Shown: one piece after another, positions 60,453 through 64,000 of the stretch | Position numbering within the stretch: position 1 is the stretch's first letter | How the letters are laid out: each line of letters opens with the position of its first letter | NCBI GenBank assembly: GCA_965248355.1 | Contig: OZ252098.1 | Location: forward strand, 4,000,001 to 4,064,000 | DNA length: 64,000 bases | Direction of reading: 5' to 3' | Origin: Candidatus Latescibacterota bacterium | Lineage (GTDB): Bacteria > Latescibacterota > UBA2968 > UBA8231 | Notes under the pieces: generated by a model | Seen by the model: the letters and a program-made list of their open reading frames with translations, nothing else | Database searches by the model: none | What the model was told of the DNA's origin: nothing | Translations under genes and position numbers: made by a program

Positions 60453-61394
60453 ATGAGAACAGAGCGCCGGAATTTCGCTCGCACGGCTGCGGCCGCCGGC
60501 CTCACGGTCCTGGTGGCCGCCCTCGCCGGACTGGCCTGCGGCGATCCCGACCCCGAGCCGCAGATCCAGCTCCTGCGCAGCCTGCAGCCCGAGATCCGCG
60601 AGAAGGCCGCGGGCAAGCTCCTGCTCTACGGCGAGCGCGTCGTGCCTCGTCTCATCCAGGAGTCCGAGTCCGAGTACACCCGGGTGCGCTTCGAGGTGGC
60701 CCGCCTCCTCGGCCGCCTGCGCGACCCCCGGGCCGCCGACGCTCTCGTCCGCCTCCTCGACGACAACTCCTTCAACGTCGCCTCGTACGCCGCCTGGGGC
60801 CTGGGCGAGTTGCGGGCCAAGAAGGCCCTGCCCGTGCTCCTGCGGTTCACGGAGACGCCGGCCAAGACCTTCCGCCAGCAGGTCGTGCAGGCCGTCGGCT
60901 CCTGCTACGACGACACCCTCCACGCCGCCTTGGGCGACTCCGTGCGCCGGGTGATCGAGCGCGCCTTCCACGATCCCGTCCCCGGCGTCCGCATCGCCGC
61001 TCTCGGCAGCGCCCGCCACCTCGGCTACGCCGGCATGGTGGAGGCGCTCATCCGCCTGGCCGGGGACCGCGAGGCCAAGGTCCGCCACGTCGCCGTCCAG
61101 ACCCTCGGACAGGCCGCCATCGGCCGGGCCCCGCGCTCGCCCGGGCCGGCCCCCGCCGCCGAGCGGGCCGCCATCGAGCAGGCCCTGCTGCTGAGTCTGG
61201 AGGACTCCTACCAGAGCATCCGCACCAAGGCGGTGCGCGCCCTCGAGCAGATGGGCCCCCCGCCCGGGGCCGCCCCCGCCCTGCGCCGGCTCGCCGAGGG
61301 CGGCACGGTCGAGGACCGGCGGGAGGCCGGGCGCGTCCTCGAAGCGATCGCCGCCGGGGCCGCGGCACCTGCGGGTACGCAGGTCTCCGGATGA
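60453..61394 (+). CDS. HEAT-repeat lipoprotein
   Basis: LAGLAC lipobox; VR..(A)A..LG repeats. Confidence 0.85.
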   Translation: MRTERRNFARTAAAAGLTVLVAALAGLACGDPDPEPQIQLLRSLQPEIREKAAGKLLLYGERVVPRLIQESESEYTRVRFEVARLLGRLRDPRAADALVRLLDDNSFNVASYAAWGLGELRAKKALPVLLRFTETPAKTFRQQVVQAVGSCYDDTLHAALGDSVRRVIERAFHDPVPGVRIAALGSARHLGYAGMVEALIRLAGDREAKVRHVAVQTLGQAAIGRAPRSPGPAPAAERAAIEQALLLSLEDSYQSIRTKAVRALEQMGPPPGAAPALRRLAEGGTVEDRREAGRVLEAIAAGAAAPAGTQVSG

Positions 61395-62281
61395 CGGAGT
61401 CCGCCCCCGGCCTGCGCATCGGCTTTCCTTCCGGCAGCCTGCAGCAGGCGACCCTCCGGCTCTTCGACCGCGCCGGCTACCGCATCGACCTGCCCTCCCG
61501 CTCCTACGAGCCCGAGGTCGACGACCCCGAGCTGTCGGGCCTGATGTTCCGCGCCCAGGAGATCGCCCATTATGTTGAACGCGGCGTCGTCGACGTGGGC
61601 ATCACCGGCCACGACCTGGTCCTCGAGTGCGACGCCGATGTCCACGAGATCGGCGAGCTGCGCTACGGCAAGGCCTCCTCCCGGCCCCTGCGCTGGGTCA
61701 TCGCCGTCGCCGAGGACTCTTCCATCCGCTCTTTGGAGGACCTCCGAGGCAAGCGTATCGCCACCGAGCTGCCGGGCGTCACCCGCCGCTTCCTGAGCGA
61801 GCGCGGGATCGACGCCGAGGTCGAGTTCTCCTGGGGCACGACCGAGGTCAAGGCCGGCATCCCGGGGGTGGCCGACGCCGTCGTCGACATCACCGAGACC
61901 GGCTCCTCCCTGCGCGCCAACCGCCTGCGCGTTCTCGAGGTGATGCTGGAGTCCACCACCCGCTTCATCGCCAATCACGGCGCCTGGAGCGACGGCTGGA
62001 AGCGGCGCAAGGCCGAGAACCTCTTCACCCTCCTCGTCGGCGCCCTCGAGGCCGAGTCCAAGGTGGGGCTCAAGATGAACGTCCCCCGCGAGCGCCTGCC
62101 CGAGGTCATGCGGAACCTGCCCGCCCTCCACGCCCCCACCGTCTCCAGCCAGGCCGACGAGGCCTGGGCCGCCGTCGAGATCATCGCCGACGAGATCGTC
62201 GTCCGCGACCTGATCCCCCTCCTCAAGCGCTGCGGCGCCGAGGGCATCATCGAGTACCCCCTCAACAAGGTCGTCTACTGA
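61391..62281 (+). CDS. hisG: ATP phosphoribosyltransferase (long form)
   Basis: [30 protein letters not shown]-terminal regulatory domain. Confidence 0.96.
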   Translation: MTESAPGLRIGFPSGSLQQATLRLFDRAGYRIDLPSRSYEPEVDDPELSGLMFRAQEIAHYVERGVVDVGITGHDLVLECDADVHEIGELRYGKASSRPLRWVIAVAEDSSIRSLEDLRGKRIATELPGVTRRFLSERGIDAEVEFSWGTTEVKAGIPGVADAVVDITETGSSLRANRLRVLEVMLESTTRFIANHGAWSDGWKRRKAENLFTLLVGALEAESKVGLKMNVPRERLPEVMRNLPALHAPTVSSQADEAWAAVEIIADEIVVRDLIPLLKRCGAEGIIEYPLNKVVY

Positions 62282-62292
62282 GGGCGCGGCCT

Positions 62293-63615
62293 GTGCTCGA
62301 CCTCGTCCACTACACCTCCGGCGGTTCGCTGCGGGGCCGGCTGGCCGAGGTCCTCGGCCGGAGCGGCGCCATCCCCGCCGAGATCGAGGAGGCCGTGGCC
62401 GGCATCCTGGCGGCGGTGCGCGACCGCGGCGACGCGGCGGTCGCCGAGTTCACGGCCCGCTTCGACGGCGTGAGTCTGACGCCGGGCCGTTTCCGCGTCC
62501 CGGGCAAGGCCCTGCGGGACGCCCTGAACTCCGCCGACCCCGGGCTCATGGCCGCCATCGGCCGCGCCGCCGCCAACATCCGCGCCTTCCACGAGGCCCA
62601 GAAGGCGGACTCCTGGTTCCGGGAGGACGGCGACGGCGTCGTCCTCGGCCGCCGCATCACCCCCCTGCGCCGCGTCGGCATCTGCGTGCCGGGCGGCGAG
62701 GCGCCGCTCATCTCCAGCCTGCTCATGGCCGCCGTTCCCGCCCAGGTGGCGGGCGTCGACGAGATCTGCGTCGTCACCCCGCCCCTCCCCTCGGGCCGGC
62801 CCCACCCCGGCCTGCTGGCCGCCGCCGGCTTCCTCGGCCTCACCGAGGTCTACGGCATCGGCGGCGCCCAGGCGGTGGCCGCCCTCGCGTACGGCACCGG
62901 CACCGTGCCCGCCGTCGACAAGATCGTCGGCCCCGGCGGCCCGTACACGGTCGCCGCCAAGCGCCAGGTCTACGGGATCGTCGGCATCGAGATGGTCCCC
63001 GGCCCCTCCGAGATCGCCGTCCTCGCCGACGAGAGCGCCGACCCCGTCTTCATCGCCGCCGACCTGCTCTCCCAGGCCGAGCACGGCTCCGGCTTCGAAG
63101 CCGTCGTCTGCATCACCACTTGCGAAAAGCTGGCCGCCGCCGTGCGGGACGAGGTGGAGCGCCAGATGGCGGACCTGCCCCGCGCCGAGGCCGCCGGCCG
63201 CGCCCTGTCGCGCTTCGGCGTCGTCGTCACCGTGCCGGACCTGGAGACCGGCGTCGAGCTGGTCAACCGCCTCGCCCCCGAGCACCTGGAGCTGCTCGTG
63301 GCCGAGCCCTGGACCTGGCTCGAGCGTGTCCGCCACGCCGGCGCCGTCTTCCTCGGCGAGGCCTCCACCGAGCCCGTGGGCGACTACTACGCCGGCACCA
63401 ACGCCGTCCTGCCCACCAACGGCGCCGCCCGGTTCGCCTCCGCCCTCGGGCTGAGCGACTTCGTCAAGGCCACCAGCGTCGTCGCGTACACGCCCGATCG
63501 CCTGCGCGAATCCGCCGCCGACGTGACCCTCCTGGCGCGCGCCGAGGGCTTCGAGGCCCACGCCCGCGCCGTCGAGGTCCGTCTCGAAGCCTGGAGCCGG
63601 GAGGGATCCCCATGA
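62293..63615 (+). CDS. hisD: Histidinol dehydrogenase
   Basis: [29 protein letters not shown]. Confidence 0.96.
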   Translation: MLDLVHYTSGGSLRGRLAEVLGRSGAIPAEIEEAVAGILAAVRDRGDAAVAEFTARFDGVSLTPGRFRVPGKALRDALNSADPGLMAAIGRAAANIRAFHEAQKADSWFREDGDGVVLGRRITPLRRVGICVPGGEAPLISSLLMAAVPAQVAGVDEICVVTPPLPSGRPHPGLLAAAGFLGLTEVYGIGGAQAVAALAYGTGTVPAVDKIVGPGGPYTVAAKRQVYGIVGIEMVPGPSEIAVLADESADPVFIAADLLSQAEHGSGFEAVVCITTCEKLAAAVRDEVERQMADLPRAEAAGRALSRFGVVVTVPDLETGVELVNRLAPEHLELLVAEPWTWLERVRHAGAVFLGEASTEPVGDYYAGTNAVLPTNGAARFASALGLSDFVKATSVVAYTPDRLRESAADVTLLARAEGFEAHARAVEVRLEAWSREGSP

Positions 63616-64000
63616 CCGACGTCCGCCGGGCCCGCGTCGAGCGCCGCACCTCCGAGACCGAGATCGACCTCACCCTCGTCCTCGACGGCTCCGGCCGCTG
63701 CGAGGTCGGCACCGGCGTCGGCTTCTTCGACCACATGCTCCACGCCTTCGCCCGCCACGGCCTCTTCGACCTCACCCTCACCTGCCGCGGCGATCTCGAC
63801 GTCGACGCCCACCACAGCGTCGAGGACGTGGGCATCTGCCTGGGGCAGGCCCTGGCCGAGGCCCTCGGCGACAAGGCCGGCATCCAGCGCTTCGGCCACG
63901 CCTACGTCCCCATGGACGACGCCCTCGCCCGGGCCGTGGTCGACCTCTCCGGGCGCTCCTACCTGGCCCTCAACGCCGCCTTCCGGGACGGCTCGGTGGG
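63612..64000 (+). CDS. hisB: Imidazoleglycerol-phosphate dehydratase (partial, runs off right edge)
   Basis: [31 protein letters not shown]. Confidence 0.95.
   Translation, partial: MTDVRRARVERRTSETEIDLTLVLDGSGRCEVGTGVGFFDHMLHAFARHGLFDLTLTCRGDLDVDAHHSVEDVGICLGQALAEALGDKAGIQRFGHAYVPMDDALARAVVDLSGRSYLALNAAFRDGSV

Overview
High-GC bacterial chromosomal window. C-terminal 'TPATWGGVK' and 'PNPFN...IALLK' tails on secreted proteins suggest an FCB-superphylum lineage such as Latescibacterota; this is inference. Most of the window is housekeeping or catabolic: uppP, acnA, guaB, rdgB, hisG-hisD-hisB, an MdlAB-type ABC pair, sulfatase, GH88, an enolase-superfamily dehydratase, HpcH aldolase, phnA with a phosphonate-associated ADH, and a Type III R-M locus. 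The most unusual structure is two independent arrays of 'host-gene 3' tail + cargo' units, with no integrase, IS or tRNA nearby. (1) At 19.2-24.6 kb, three ~93%-identical 207-bp copies of the 3' end of a polyamine-type ABC substrate-binding gene each end at the stop codon. Each is followed by a different toxin/defence-type module: VapBC; an unknown small protein with an HExxH-less IrrE/ImmA-like protein; and Fic plus Phd-PIN. (2) At 2.1-4.4 kb, copies of the DUF1015 gene tail alternate with secreted paralogs that have constant ends and a divergent core. The window also shows repeated 'collapsed' genes, with N-terminus joined to C-terminus (potA::potD, potB::potC, SulP, aquaporin, Tat-AKR), and a Type III Res subunit that appears to lack its nuclease motif. 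No CRISPR, rRNA, tRNA, reverse transcriptase or transposase was recognised. All calls come from reading by eye; start codons were adjusted manually from the ORF track.
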